Below, piece after piece: positions 13,460 to 26,262 of a stretch of DNA of 64,000 nt. This DNA comes from Octopus sinensis. Lineage: Eukaryota. A program made the position numbers and the translations under genes. The notes beneath the pieces are model-generated. The model made no database searches, was not told the origin of the DNA, and saw only the letters and a program-made list of their open reading frames with translations. Position 1 is the stretch's first letter. The number at the start of each line of letters is the position of its first letter. Location: assembly GCF_006345805.1 (NCBI RefSeq), contig NC_043000.1:94302001-94366000 (forward strand), read 5' to 3'.

Positions 13460-13910
13460 TTATTCTTTTATTTCTTTCAGTTGTTTGCCTGCAGCCATCC
13501 TAGAACACAGCCTTTAGTCGAACAAATCGAACCGAGGACCTATTCCTTGTAACCCTGGTACTTATTACATCGGTCTCTTTTGCAGAACCGCTAAGTTACG
13601 GAGACGCAGACGCACTGACATCGGTTGTCAATCGATGGTGAGAGACAACCACAGACACAATGATGCACAAACACACAAACACACGCACACACACACGCAC
13701 GCACACGCACACACACACACACACAAACACACACATTTATATACACATACATACATACATATATAGGACGGACTTCTTTCAGTTTCCGCCTACCAAATCT
13801 ACTCACCAGGCTTTGGTTGGGACCAGGCTACAGTAGAAGATACCTGCTCAAGGTTCCACGCAGTGCGACTGAACCCAGAAGCATGTAGTTGGGAAGCAAG
13901 CCATTACTGC
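13460..13910 (-). mobile_element. SINE family B
   Basis: Reverse complement of the family B head, core and tail. Confidence 0.85.
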
Positions 13911-14169
13911 GCCTCTATATATTTATATGTATATGTATATATTTATATATATGTGTGTGTATGTGTGCGTGTGTGTGTGGGTTTGTGTGTATGTCTGCAT
14001 GTATATATGTATTCATTTTGTGCGTGAGGAAGACGATCAGGCAGGGAGGTGGAGGATTACTGATTAGACGGAGAATCTCCTTCCATTAAGACTTCATGAA
14101 AAACAATTTCTGGCGTTTTCTCTCTCCGCTTAATTTAGGCTTTTTCGACACGTTTTCTTTACTTTTTAC

Positions 14170-15660
14170 ACTTGCAGGTCCGTTTCATTAGAGACATATG
14201 AAGGGAAGTCGGTTTTTTCCTGTCGTTTCAAAATGTTACAAAAATGTACCAGAGGTGTGTCATTAAATAAAGCAGCTGCATGACCTATAGCTATTTTTTC
14301 AGGATGATATTTTTCTTATTTCTTTATTGCCCACAAGGGGCTAAACATAGAGGGGACAAATAAGGACAGACAAACGGATTAAGTCGATTATATCGACTCC
14401 AGTGCGTAACTGGTACTTATTTAATTAACCCCGAAAGGATGAAAGGCAAAGTCGACCTCGGCGGAATTTGAACTCAGAACATAACGGCAGACGAAATACC
14501 ACCAAGCATTTTGCTCGGCGCGCTAACGTTTCTGCCAGTTTGCCGCCTTTAGGATGATATTTTTCTACAAATTCAGAAACATACTGCCACTTTGCCAACG
14601 CTGCCGTTATGTCACTCGTAGAGATAGCATTCTCCGCTTCACTGTTCTCTGCTACACTGCCAGGCTGGCAGTTTACAATGTTGTAGTGCTCCTTTCAAAA
14701 TTTACGAAGGATTAGATTTGTATTTTCGGTGACTTCAAAGCACCGACGAAACAGGCGTTTGGTTTACAATTTCTTAAGATTAGAAATCACCTGTTTTCCA
14801 TGGGTTGCAAGATAGGAGTGGCGTTGCGTGACATCTTCGAGGTTAAAAGGGTGAGCAGGGGCATATACGAGGATGAGGAGGACTTTGAGAGGAAGATTGC
14901 TCTCCAGAAGATACTTTTTCACTGCTGGTCTGCAGACAAGTTTGACCCACACGGATAAGAATTGCCTGGTGACCCAGGCTTTAGCGTTTGACCTCCATAT
15001 AACCTGCAGTTTGTCCTTCGGGATTTTGTACGACTTGAACACACGTGGGTTTTCGGAATGGTAGACAAGAAGCAGCTTAATCTTCAAGTTTCCACTCGCA
15101 TTGGTACAAAGGGCGAGATTTAGCCTATCTTTCATAGGCTTGTGGCCTGGCATTTTCTTCTCCTTTGCACTTACGTAGGTTCTCCTGTGCATTTTTTTCC
15201 CAAAATAGGCCAGTTTCATCACAGTTGGATACCTGTTGTGCGATGTACTCCTCGGCTGCAATGACCTGGTGAAATTCACGAACGAAATCTTCAGCTGCCT
15301 TTGTATCAGAACTCGCTGCTTCTCCATACATGACAACGCTATGAACACAAGTCGTCTTCGTGAAATTATGAAATCAACCGCGACTGGCCTTAAATGCATC
15401 TATTGATGTCTCCTCTGTCGATGTTCCACGGCACTGCTTCTGGAGATCCCCATACAGCGCCTGTGCTTTCTTGCAGATGATGGTATCTGTAATCGTATCC
15501 CTTGCGAGTTACTTCTCGTTGATCCACTGGCAAAGCAATTTTTCCATCTTTTTGTGGACAGGTGTGCATTGATTAGAAAGCCTAGAGACACCCTTTACTG
15601 TTGTAACAGCCTTGGTCTCGCCCTCTTTCTTCATAACCTTTTTCTTAAGTGGAAAGTAAC
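14170..15660 (-). mobile_element. Tigger/pogo-family transposon, decayed transposase (CENP-B-type HTH plus DDE_1)
   Basis: GEAASSDTKAAEDF..QQVSNCDETGLFW, KDRLNLALCTNASG..LLVYHSENPRVF..WRSNAKAWVTRQ..YAPAHP, QVISNLKKL, KYHPEK..FNDT. Multiple stops and frameshifts. Confidence 0.92.
14317..14550 (-). mobile_element. tRNA-derived SINE, family A (GGCGGCGAGCTGGCAGAAACG head), nested in Tigger with a 16-bp TSD
   Basis: aggatgatatttttct at 14301-14316 and 14551-14566. A box TGGCAGAAACG, B box GAGTTCAAATTCC. Confidence 0.9.
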
Positions 15661-16999
15661 AGGACGAAGAGGCAGATAACCTGATCGAAATACTTGAAGC
15701 AGAATGCTGTTCAATGAAAGAATACCAAGAGTAGTGGTATTTATTGACACAGTGGTATGTCTCACCTATCTAAGAATAAGTACGGTCTGTCTAACTGACG
15801 GATCTGTTCTGTTTGGATACAACTTTTACATATCTTCAATATTGTTCCAATTGATTTCATATTTCATGTATTGATGTCGTTTTGCATGGTAATCATTGAC
15901 AAGAAATTCATTTAATAAAGAGTTAATAGCCTTAAAAGTTTGCAAACTTAGGGTAATTTCAGCCATGCACAAGCCATACACATATAAGTGCCTGTTTCCA
16001 TAGTAAAAAGGTAAGCTGTTACCAAGCTTCTTACCCATGTGATCATTTTTGCGTATTGAATGCTTAAAACACATGCGGTATGCGGTGGTCGTGAGATGTG
16101 CTAAAAATAATTTCTAAATATGCCTTAAATCATGCACCAATTCTTTTCCTTTTTCATAATCGTATGAATTCCCGTGTATAGAATATAAATTCGCCAAAAT
16201 TTTCTGAAAATGCACAAAATTAAAAAAAAGTTATGATGGGTAATATGGCGTGCGTAAAGCAGTATTCGGCCAGTATTTCATTTATTTACAGTTGACAACA
16301 CGTGCAGTCACGCACAAAATGACAGCCTCGAAATCTTGTTTTCCGACTTGGTAAAAATTATCAAACTTTAAATTTCTATAACATTTTTTTAAAAAATGTT
16401 TCTAGAAAAGTGAATTAGCCCCTGAAACTCAACGTGGAAAATTACATCGATACACGAAATTTTGAAATTTTCATTCAACCTTAAAATTGCCACAGGTGTA
16501 GCCAAACAGAAAGATCCCAACAAGCATCTGCGGTTTTTTTTAAACTGATTTCACTAACAAGGTGTGGACTGATTCCAGACGAATTTAGAAAAACGACTAC
16601 CTAGTGTACTTTGCAAGGTAGTCGAATCCAGAAGTATGTAATTGAGTATCTATCTTCTTAACTATATATTCATACATAATAATCCAAGTTTCCCACCCGT
16701 TTTCTTTTTTCGCTTTCTTTCTTTCTTTCTTTATTTATTTATTTTCTTTCTTCCTTTTTTCTTTCCTTCTTTTCTTTCTCTCTTTCTCTCTCTCTCACTT
16801 TTTCTCTGAACATATATATGCATATACAGTCATACACACATACATATGTATGTATGTATGTATGTATGTTTGTATGTATGTATGTATGTATGTATGTATG
16901 TGTGTATGTATGTATGTATATATGAGTATATGTGTATACATAATACAAACACTCACACACACATATATATACACAGACATACAGAAAGTTAATTTTCAA

Positions 17000-17497
17000 A
17001 ATCTTTTATTTGATATTAATTGATTGAAGGAGAGATTTTCTTTTAGCTGCTCGTCAGTAACACCCAAGCTTATGCAGATATGTAACACACGTTCTTGGAC
17101 TAACTTCTAGCTATTTTGCAATATCAGAAGCTCTCGAATGGGGTACGTTTTCCACAATTCTCTTCAAACAGTGAAGCTTCCTTTCCGAGGGCCCAGGTAG
17201 GCCGGGGCGAGAATCTGTTGATTCTTTTAATTGCACTATAATTCAATTAACAGTAGCAAGAGGAATTTGAAGATTTTCAGCAATTTTTTTGCCTCAGATT
17301 GCCCAACAATACGACTTCAGACAGTTCTGCTTAATTTTTTGTGCGTGGCATGGTTACTCTTCGTAAATGTTTAATAGAATGGCACCTGGAATGAAAAAGA
17401 ATAATTATATTGTATATTCTACACCGCTGAAAACATATTAAGACGCTAGATCAGATATTTTGAAAATTAAAGGTGTCTGTTTACTTCCTGCATTTCT

Positions 17498-17498
<1 letters not shown>
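17000..17498 (-). mobile_element. Tc1 5' fragment (probable left TIR plus N-terminal DNA-binding domain)
   Basis: SRPGLPGPSERKLHCLKRIVENVPHSRASDIAK*LEVSPRTCVTYLHKLGCY*RAAKRK. The terminus reads TA-CAG. Confidence 0.75.
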
Positions 17499-17569
<71 letters not shown>

Positions 17570-18089
17570 ACATATATATATATAAATAACCATATGCTGA
17601 TAAATCATGTGCTTTTTCTTTACGTTTGAAAATAAAAATGATTAATCTTACAAATAATCTATTATCTACAGTTAATTAAAATCAAAATATTAATTAATGC
17701 ACCAATCTCGCAAAACTTATTCTTAATATCAAAACCGTCGGATTAATATTTCAGTAATACTTTGCATTTATACAGTTTTATAAGTAATTAAGATAATTTT
17801 ATAGTTAGATTATAAAGCTTTAGGTTTTCTTTTCAAGCAGTTTAACCTCAATTTAATAAATATGCAACAAACAAGCAAGAAAGGGTGGGTTGTTGTCGCA
17901 TATTAGTGGAGAACTAACATTTTATCGGTAACAGCTTTTCCGTGGAAGTAACCAGATTTAATGTTGCTAGGTTGGATTATCAGCAAAGACGATATGGGAG
18001 ACAGGGATCACATACCGTACTACCTTTGTGTATGAAACAGCGAGGCCTAATTTTGTATATCTGGATAGTTGGCTGACAATTACTTGAAG

Positions 18090-19110
18090 TTCATTAAGTG
18101 GGGGTACCTCTGATAGCAACAGTAAGATAGTTCGTTCTTACTGCTAATTGATACTGCAGGTTGGTGGAGCATGTGTAGTTTCTCGTGGAAGCAGAGTTGG
18201 CAACTGCGTGTTCCAGGTAAGTACGGAGGGGCTCTGTCAAATATATGCCATTCAATGTTGGAGAAGTTAGTCTGCTGAATGGCATCGAATGGTGTGAATG
18301 CGGCTCTACATACGATAACCTTTGACAGGTAGGATTATCCTAGTGGGTACTTGAAAGACAGTTACAGGTTCGACTATGTATTGAAGGCTGTGTAGGTATT
18401 TCTTTAAGGGTACTGTAGGGTGCAATGTCGGAAGTGATGTTATCTAAGCAGGAGTAAATGATCTTGATGTTGAGATGTTTATAATACTTATGAGTTCAAG
18501 ACGAATGATATTTTAAATCAGCGTCAGGAAGATTCGAGACAAATTGGTCGTAACTTCTAGGTTAAACGAAAAATTGAACCACATCGTCTTTGTCTTTCTC
18601 CCACTTTTCCAGTTCGGAGGTGGGGTTGGGATAGTGTTCTCAATATATAATAATTTATCAGTGTATCCACTCCTTGTTAATACCTCGATCCGTTAGTTTG
18701 GGGGCCTGTTGAAGATATCTCTATCCACTGATAATTTAGAGAGTCTTGTATTCATGCTTGTGTTTAGGTCCTTAATTGAAACTGTTAGGTGGTCGAAGTT
18801 TCTGTAGATATATATAGTTTCCTTGTTGGACTTCCTATAGGGTTAGTACTTGCCTGTCTTCAGGTCTAGGGTTACGTCCAAAAAGCCGACTTTTGTCAAA
18901 TTTGTGATGATCGTTTTATGTAGGTTAAATTTTTTAAAATCTTTATCAGATCTTTCGTGGTCTTGTTCACGCTTGTGGTAGCCAGACTATCGTCCCTGTA
19001 CAGAGCTGAGCTAGGGGAGGGGATTTTCAGCCCCGTCGTAGCTCTCCATACATACGTCGAACAATGAGAAAATCAGAAACCAAGACTGACTTTGTAATGT
19101 TCGGGATGAT
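18090..19110 (-). mobile_element. Penelope-like element fragment 2 (RT core to GIY-YIG end)
   Basis: LFDVCMESYDGAE (19025-19064), LYRDD (YRDD at 18989-19000), KVGFLDVTLDLKTGKY*PYRK, MWFN, IEWHIFDRAPPYLPGTRSCQLCFHEKLH. Confidence 0.9.
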
Positions 19111-19159
19111 TTTAATACTGAAGGCATTAATACCAAAAGGCAAAGAGGAAGGATTGTTT

Positions 19160-19365
19160 CAACGAAGTCGCATCTCGTCCTGGCCTTCGAAACGTGGAGT
19201 AGTTGAAACAGAGATAACTGATGAAGGGGAATATTATATACGTTGTATGTCCCGTTTCTCTGTTTATTTTTTTCGTTGCTCGAAAAATGTTCGCTTCTGT
19301 GTTTTTGTGTTTATGTTTTCGTTTCTCATTGTGTTCAATGTCATTTTGATGTCCTATACCCATAT
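19160..19365 (+). mobile_element. Inverted PLE terminal segment with decayed HHR
   Basis: TGTTTCAAC..CCTTC-GAAA-CGTGGAG-TA-GTTGAAACA..CTGATGA-AGGGG plus a U-rich tail ending gtcctatacccatat. Opposite strand to the adjacent PLE ORF. Confidence 0.55.
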
Positions 19366-19428
19366 ATGTATGTATATATACATTTATATGTAGGTATGTA
19401 CATAAATGTATGTATATATGCATATATA

Positions 19429-19481
<53 letters not shown>

Positions 19482-19486
<5 letters not shown>

Positions 19487-19536
19487 TTGAAAATGGATGC
19501 ATGGTGTTCAATCAAATAATAATATAAATTGTATAT

Positions 19537-19582
<46 letters not shown>

Positions 19583-19645
19583 ATATATTATATACACTTG
19601 AAAATGGATGCATGGTGTTCAATCAAATAATAATATAAATTGTAT
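19482..19645. repeat. About 50-bp exact direct duplication inside (TA)n
   Basis: tacacttgaaaatggatgcatggtgttcaatcaaataataatataaattg occurs at 19482 and 19593. Confidence 0.85.
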
Positions 19646-19798
19646 ATATATATATATATATATATATACCGGAGTAAACACATAAATGTGAAACAATGTG
19701 GAAAAAAGAGTACTCAAATACCAGGGGTAGAGTAATATGCTTTATTTAAAAGCAGCAGAAAATTCAACAAAACCTGTTACTCTGAGTTTTAAAAAAAG

Positions 19799-19829
<31 letters not shown>

Positions 19830-19865
19830 GTATGTATGTATATATACGCACACACGCACATGCAT

Positions 19866-20164
19866 ATATGGGTGCAGGGCGTCACCAACAGTAAACAACA
19901 TGAAATACGAAAACAAAGGAGTTCAATAGGCAAGGAGAGAAACAAATGGAAAACAGGACTTGTAACATACAGAACGACCCTTCATCATTTGTCGGCTGCG
20001 TATCTACTCCACATGCTCAAAATAAGGAGTAGATAGAGAGTCGGCAACGGATATAGGGTGGTTCTTTATATTACTTGTCCTGTTTTCCATTTGTTTCTTT
20101 CTTTGAGTATTGAACTCTTTTATGTTCGTATTTCATGTTGTTTACTGTTGGTGACATCCTGCAC

Positions 20165-20170
<6 letters not shown>
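19866..20170. repeat. Foldback of about 305 bp made of two PLE-like termini
   Basis: atatgggtgcagggcgtcaccaacagtaaacaacatgaaatacg.. pairs with ..cgtatttcatgttgtttactgttggtgacatcctgcacccatat. Inner pairing tatctactcc/ggagtagata. Confidence 0.85.
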
Positions 20171-20210
<40 letters not shown>

Positions 20211-20254
20211 ATATTATATATATATACATACATACATACATATATATGTACATA

Positions 20255-20299
<45 letters not shown>

Positions 20300-20533
20300 G
20301 TCTATCTATCTATCTGACTCTATGTGTCTGCGACCCACTTCATATAGACATAGAAGCAAGGAAGTGCGCCTGTGTGCACGCATACACCCCAACACCCCCA
20401 CACTAATATAAGTAATTATGCATATATATAAAAAAATATATACATACATAAATATACATACATACATATATATATAATTATACCTCTTATATACATACAT
20501 ATCTACATACATATAGGAATGTGTGTGTGAGTG

Positions 20534-20595
<62 letters not shown>

Positions 20596-21865
20596 CATAC
20601 ATACTTACATATATATATATATATATATACTTGTATATATGTATATGTATAGGTTTACATATGTACACAAATACACGAAAATATGTAAACACACACATAT
20701 CCATTTAATGTATAGATACAGAGACACATACCTACATATAACTGGCGAGTCTACGCGCACGTGTTTGTGTGTGTGTATGTGTGTGTGCGTGTGCATGTGT
20801 ATGTGTGCTCATGCATGTGTGTACGTGCGTGCGTTCGCGTGTGCATACACGCGCACGCATTTCTATTTGCCAGACATCAGCATCCTTTGCTTAGCTTAGC
20901 GAGTTTCGGGAAGATGTAATTAAATGGGGCGAGACGAACGCTATTCATTGAACACATTAGCGTGATTGTATAGGAAACGGCCGGATGCTTCAGATGCTAA
21001 AAAGGTTCAATACATTGAAAGAGATTCGACTTAACAAAAAGGAAATATCACTGACCGAAGGAGGCAAGGGGCAAGAATTGAAGAAGCAACAGAGCAAAAG
21101 GCTTTCTAGAGCTTGAAACAGTTCCAATGTAGAAATAAAAGAGGTCGCGGTGATGTTGCAGTTATTTGTTGCCGTTATTGTTGTTGCTGTTGTTGTTGCT
21201 GCTGCTTTTGTTGTTGTTGTTATTGTTGTTGGTGGTGGGGAGTGCATCGTCGCCGGTTTTATGATATCGATAACGGTGGAAGTGCTGTTGATGATGGTAA
21301 TGATGATGTCATTGGTGGTGATGCTGGTGATGCTGCAGCTGCTACTGCTGATGCTGATGCAGTTGGTGATGGTTGTAGTGTTGGTGGTGTTGAGTGGTGG
21401 TGGTGGTGGTGGTGGGAGTGGTGGTGGCGGTGGTGGTTGTGTTGAATGGTGGTGGTGGTGGTGGTGGTGGCGGCGGCGGTGGTGGTTGTGTTGAATGGTG
21501 GAGGTCGTGGTGGTGGTGGTGGTGGTTGTGGTGGTTGTGTTGAGTGGTGGTGGTGGTGGTGGGAGTGGTGGTGGCGGTGGTGGTTGTGTTGAATGGTGGT
21601 GGTGGTGGTGGTGGCGGCGGTGGTGGTTGTGTTGAATGGTGGAGGTCGTGGTGGTGGTGGTGGTGGTTGTGGTGGTGGCGTTAGTGGTGGCGGTTGATGA
21701 TGTTAGTGCTGGAGGTGGTGGTGATCATTGCGTTTGTGGTGTCAATCGTAGTGGAAGAATTTATGATAGTGGTGGTGGCGGTGGTCGTGGTGAGGATGCC
21801 GGTCGTAGCGGTGGTCTTGGTGCTAGCAGCAGCCAGTCATCATCGGCGCTTTTGTGAAATAAATT

Positions 21866-21907
<42 letters not shown>

Positions 21908-22574
21908 GTAGTAGTAGTAGTGACGGTGCCCGGAAAACGGTGCTGGGAATGTGTCGGGGCGACCGGTAGTGGTTTTGAACTGTCAGTAACCTTTGGCCGT
22001 TTCTCCGACACCATGTAAAGGTGCTGTGCCAGGGTTTGTCCCGACAGAAGTATATTTGAAACACTTTTAAATCACACCTATGCATGCCCAGACACACATA
22101 CACACACGCACACAAAAGCGCACGCACACACAAGCGCATACACATACGTAAAAATGTCTGTGTCAATATATATACAACAACGCTTATTAATAAATTTTAT
22201 TGACAGTATCAATAATATTATTGAATATATATTAATAACATTTGACTCTACACTTGTACCGAGTCATATTTATTCGGTTAATGTTCACAGTTTTTATAAT
22301 TTTTATATTTTAGACTTGTAAAATTATCTTTGAAGAACACACCTACAAACACATATGTAAATATATATATATGTAAATGTGTATGTATATGTATGAGTGT
22401 ATGTATATATATATATGTGCGTGTGTGTGTTTGTTTTTGTGTGTGTCTATGTGTGTGTATATGTGTGTGTGTATGCGAGGCTGCGCTGTAAGAAGCTTGC
22501 TTCCAAGTCGCCGACCAAAGCGTACTGAGTGGATTTGGCAGAGAGAAACTGAAAGTAGCCCATCCTATGTGTGT

Positions 22575-22609
<35 letters not shown>

Positions 22610-22643
22610 TGTGTGTGTGCTTGTGCGTGTGTGTGTGTGTGTA

Positions 22644-23211
22644 CGAGGGTTAGTCAAAAAGTAATGCCAGTTTGTTTAGGACAGGTATAATTACCAAAAC
22701 AGGAACATATATCATACATCAAAATGAAGCTGGTCTTCTGTGAATTACATCCCTACTTCTCAACATAGTCACTGTTTCTCTCAATAGCAATGTTCCACCT
22801 TCGAATAAGAGCATGTAACCCTGCCCCGTAAAATTTTGCTGACTGTTCTTTGAGCCGCTTCTTTACTACCGTTTTCGCTTCCTCATCACTGGAATAATGT
22901 TTGCCTCTCAAACCCTCTTTCATGGGGCCTAAGAGATGATAGTCTGAAGACACTAAATTATTCTAGTGACGAGGAAGTGAAAACTGTATTGAAGAAGTGG
23001 CTCAAAGTACAGTCAACAGAATTTTACGGGGCAGGGATACATGCTCTCGTACCAAGTTGGAACATTGCTATTGAGAAAAACGGTGACTATGTTGAGAAGT
23101 ATGGATGTGATCCACAGAAGACCAGCTTCATTTTGATGCATGATACATGTTCTTGTGTTGGTAATTATACCTGTCCTAAACAAAATGGCATTACTTTTCG
23201 ACTCACCCTCG
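22644..23211. mobile_element. Palindromic mariner MITE built from two 3' ends, TA target site
   Basis: TA-CGAGGGTTAGTCAAAAAGTAATGCC..GGCATTACTTTTCGACTCACCCTCG-TA. The arms encode the mariner C-terminus (SDYHLLGPMKEGLRG..RRWNIAIERNSDYVEK on -, SWNIAIEKNGDYVEK on +). Confidence 0.9.
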
Positions 23212-23439
23212 TATATTTATGTGTGTGTGCCATTGTTTGTTCCTCACCATCACTAGAGAACCGGTGTTGGTGCGTTTACGTGCCCGAAAAGTAGCGGTTC
23301 CGCATAAGAGACCCATAGAATAATTACTATAATTAAAAAAAATAAGTTTGGTGTCGATTTCTTCGAAAAAATTCTTAAAGCCATTGTGCTGTAGTCACAT
23401 GACCGAAACAAGGAAACAATATATGTATCTGTGTGTATA

Positions 23440-23900
23440 TAGGTGCAGGTGTGGCTGTGTGTCAAGAAGCTTGCTTCCCAACCACGTGGTTCTGGGTTCT
23501 GTCCTACTGCATTGCGCCTCGGGCAAGTGTCTTTTACTATAGCCTCGGACCGACCAAAACCTTGTGAGTAGATTTGGTAGACGGAAATTGAAAGAATTCC
23601 GTCGTATATATCTATTTATATACATGTATTTGTGTGTGTGTGTGTGTCTGTCTGTCTGTGTATGTGTCAGTGCGTGTGTGTTTTGGTGTCTGTGTTTGCC
23701 CCCACCCCAATCACCGCTTGACAACCGGTTTTGGTGCGTTCACATCTCGGTAACTTAGCGGTTCGGCAAAACAGACCGATAAAATAAATACAAGGCTTAA
23801 AAAATAAGTACTGGAGTCTATTCATTCGATTAAAAATTCAAGGCGGTGCCCCAGCATGGCCGCAGTCTAATGAATGAAACTGAATTAAGTGGAAAATAAA
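23440..23900 (+). mobile_element. SINE family B
   Basis: Head, core and tail are all present. Confidence 0.85.
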
Positions 23901-24199
23901 AGACGTAATCCAAATAATCAGAAAACATGTCTATTAATTTATTACAATTGTTACTATACGAACTCTGCTTGCAGCGCCAGTTTACACAAAAATTCGATGC
24001 GCACCTTTGATGGAAGTTTGATGAAGTGCAACTCTAGTGTCTTTAAAAGTGCAAACATTATGTAAATTTCCGCTTTGAATTTTTACGCAAAACAGTGTTG
24101 CAAGCTGAGTTGTTACAGAACAATTGCAACAAATCATTAAAGATTAGTTAAAGAATTTTTTTGTCTCGATATTATTTGAATTATAGATTATTTTTCGCC

Positions 24200-24650
24200 G
24201 CTCCCACACAGTGGTATTTTGATGCATATGTTTGCTAGTTCCAGTAGTTGGGTTATTGAAATGTTGTTTCATTTTACTATTGTTAACACTGTGCATATGT
24301 TGCCCTAAACTAACAGAGTTAGCGTAAGATACCTTCACAGTGTGTCTATTAAAGATAGCATGGTATCTATTTGATGTAGTGAAACATTTGTCTAAAGCGG
24401 CAAAAACTTTCCTACCGATCTTCGTTGAAACATGTGAATCGAAGTTTGTGTTGTACCAGAAAACACCATGATTCCTATATTTGTTGTTTAGCTTATTTGT
24501 TCGAGTGTGCTGTACAGGGTTGGGACAATTTATTGCGTTATGAGCAGTAGAATTATTGTGTTGTGTGTTTCTATGAGTTTTGGTTAATAGTTTAAGGCCT
24601 TTACCAATTCTTTCCGGCCTGTATTCATGATCTGAATCAACTCACATGCC
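24200..24650 (-). mobile_element. Penelope-like element fragment 3 (RT-EN linker)
   Basis: KYRNHGVFWYNTNFDSHVSTKIGRKVFAALDKCFTTSNRYHAIFNRHTVKVSYA, homologous to fragments 1 and 2. Confidence 0.75.
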
Positions 24651-24666
24651 GTAACGAGCAGTATAC

Positions 24667-24711
<45 letters not shown>

Positions 24712-24749
24712 TATATTATATGAAATTAGAGACAAAACCACTATTAGGC

Positions 24750-24780
<31 letters not shown>

Positions 24781-25340
24781 TGTATGTATGTATGTATGTA
24801 TGTATGTTATGTATGTATGTATTTATGTATATATACGTGTGTGTGTATGTGTGTATGTGTGTATGCATGTGTGTATGTATGTATTTATGTTTGTATGAAT
24901 GTATAGATAGGTAGATAGCTATACATGAGTGTATGTGGCGTGAATCACTCCACGTTATAAGTTAATGTGTTAAGGAGGCGCAGGCATCGTATAGCCGAAA
25001 GAACTCACATACGTTTTAAATGAAAGAACACCGCTGTCCCCTTTAATTCTAAACCCTAAAGTTTCAGTAAATGCAAGCACCAGCTCAAATTTCAGCTCAA
25101 ATTTGGCATGAAGGTTTTTCATTGCTCGGCAAAGGTTCTAGGGTGGGTCAAATTTTGGCTCTTTCCCTTCTATACGACCTTTCCGATTTGTTTTATTTTT
25201 TTTGATAATGGTGTAATACTTTCACTTTTCATAACATTATAGTTTCACTTTCTGCCACTAATTGTTTCACTTTTATTGTTACTCTGTGCGTGTATATGCG
25301 TGCATGTGCATGTGTGTGTGTGCGCGCGCGCGTGTGTGTT

Positions 25341-25411
<71 letters not shown>

Positions 25412-25729
25412 ATGCGTTTATACAGGCCTAGTTCTTGATCCCTCTTATAATCAATATTTGTCATCCGATTTCGTTCTCACTGGGAATATACATCAGTTAA
25501 GTTCCAGCGATGGTTATAGACTCTTCAACAATATAGTTACATTTGGTACAGATTGATCCAGCGGTTTGGCCGTGCATAGATGAAACAGACACACACATAC
25601 ACACACACAGAGTAAGAATAAAAGTGAAACAATTAGTGACAGAAAGTGAAACAATAAAAGTGAAACTATAGTGTTATCAAAAGCGAAAAAGTAAAGAAGA
25701 ACGCTTTTTAATTATGATAATGAAACAAG

Positions 25730-26222
25730 AGGTTTAGTCCTTACCACCAAAATTCATTTCTCTTGGGAAATATAAGGGCGACGCTATCTTCATTCCACGG
25801 GTCGCATTAGTCCAATCTGACCTCCCCTACGAATTTAAACGGCTTCAGTTCCCAGTTTTGCAGGGAAACAAGATTTGCTATGTCCGTAAACAAATCTCAA
25901 ACACAATCTCTCAACGTTGTTGGACTTAACCTTGCTTCTCTTTGCTGCTCTCATGGGCAATTATATGTAGGATGTCCGTGAGTTGGAAATACCAAAATTC
26001 TTTTTCTTTGTACACCAGTTAAAGGACACACTGAAAACATTGTATATTTAGCGGTTGTACAAAATTAAACTGTGATTGATTTCAGGATTTGTTTGAATAA
26101 CTTTCTTTATACACACGTTATCTGATAAAATTTTCTGAAAATATTGTTTTGGAACAGAATAAATATATCTATTTCTTTTAACATTCTTTAAACTTCCGAG
26201 GAACGCCGGGTACTTAGGCTAG
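25730..26222 (+). mobile_element. Helitron 3' fragment (PIF1-like helicase C-terminus plus CTAG end)
   Basis: GKYKGDAIFIPRVALVQSDLPYEFKRLQFPV / RFAMSVNKSQTQSLNVVGLN..SHGQLYVGCP*VG. Ends ccgaggaacgccgggtacttaggCTAG|t. Confidence 0.88.
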
Positions 26223-26231
26223 TATATAATA

Positions 26232-26262
<31 letters not shown>

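Noticed and set aside
15826-16074. 82-aa minus ORF as a transposase fragment or exon
   Set aside because: No motif I can confidently assign.
17051-17057. CTGACGA followed by GAAA on minus
   Set aside because: No helix II or III can form, and it lies inside the Tc1 coding remnant.
19482-19645. 50-bp duplication as a functional element
   Set aside because: Exact copies inside (TA)n are best explained by slippage or an assembly artefact.
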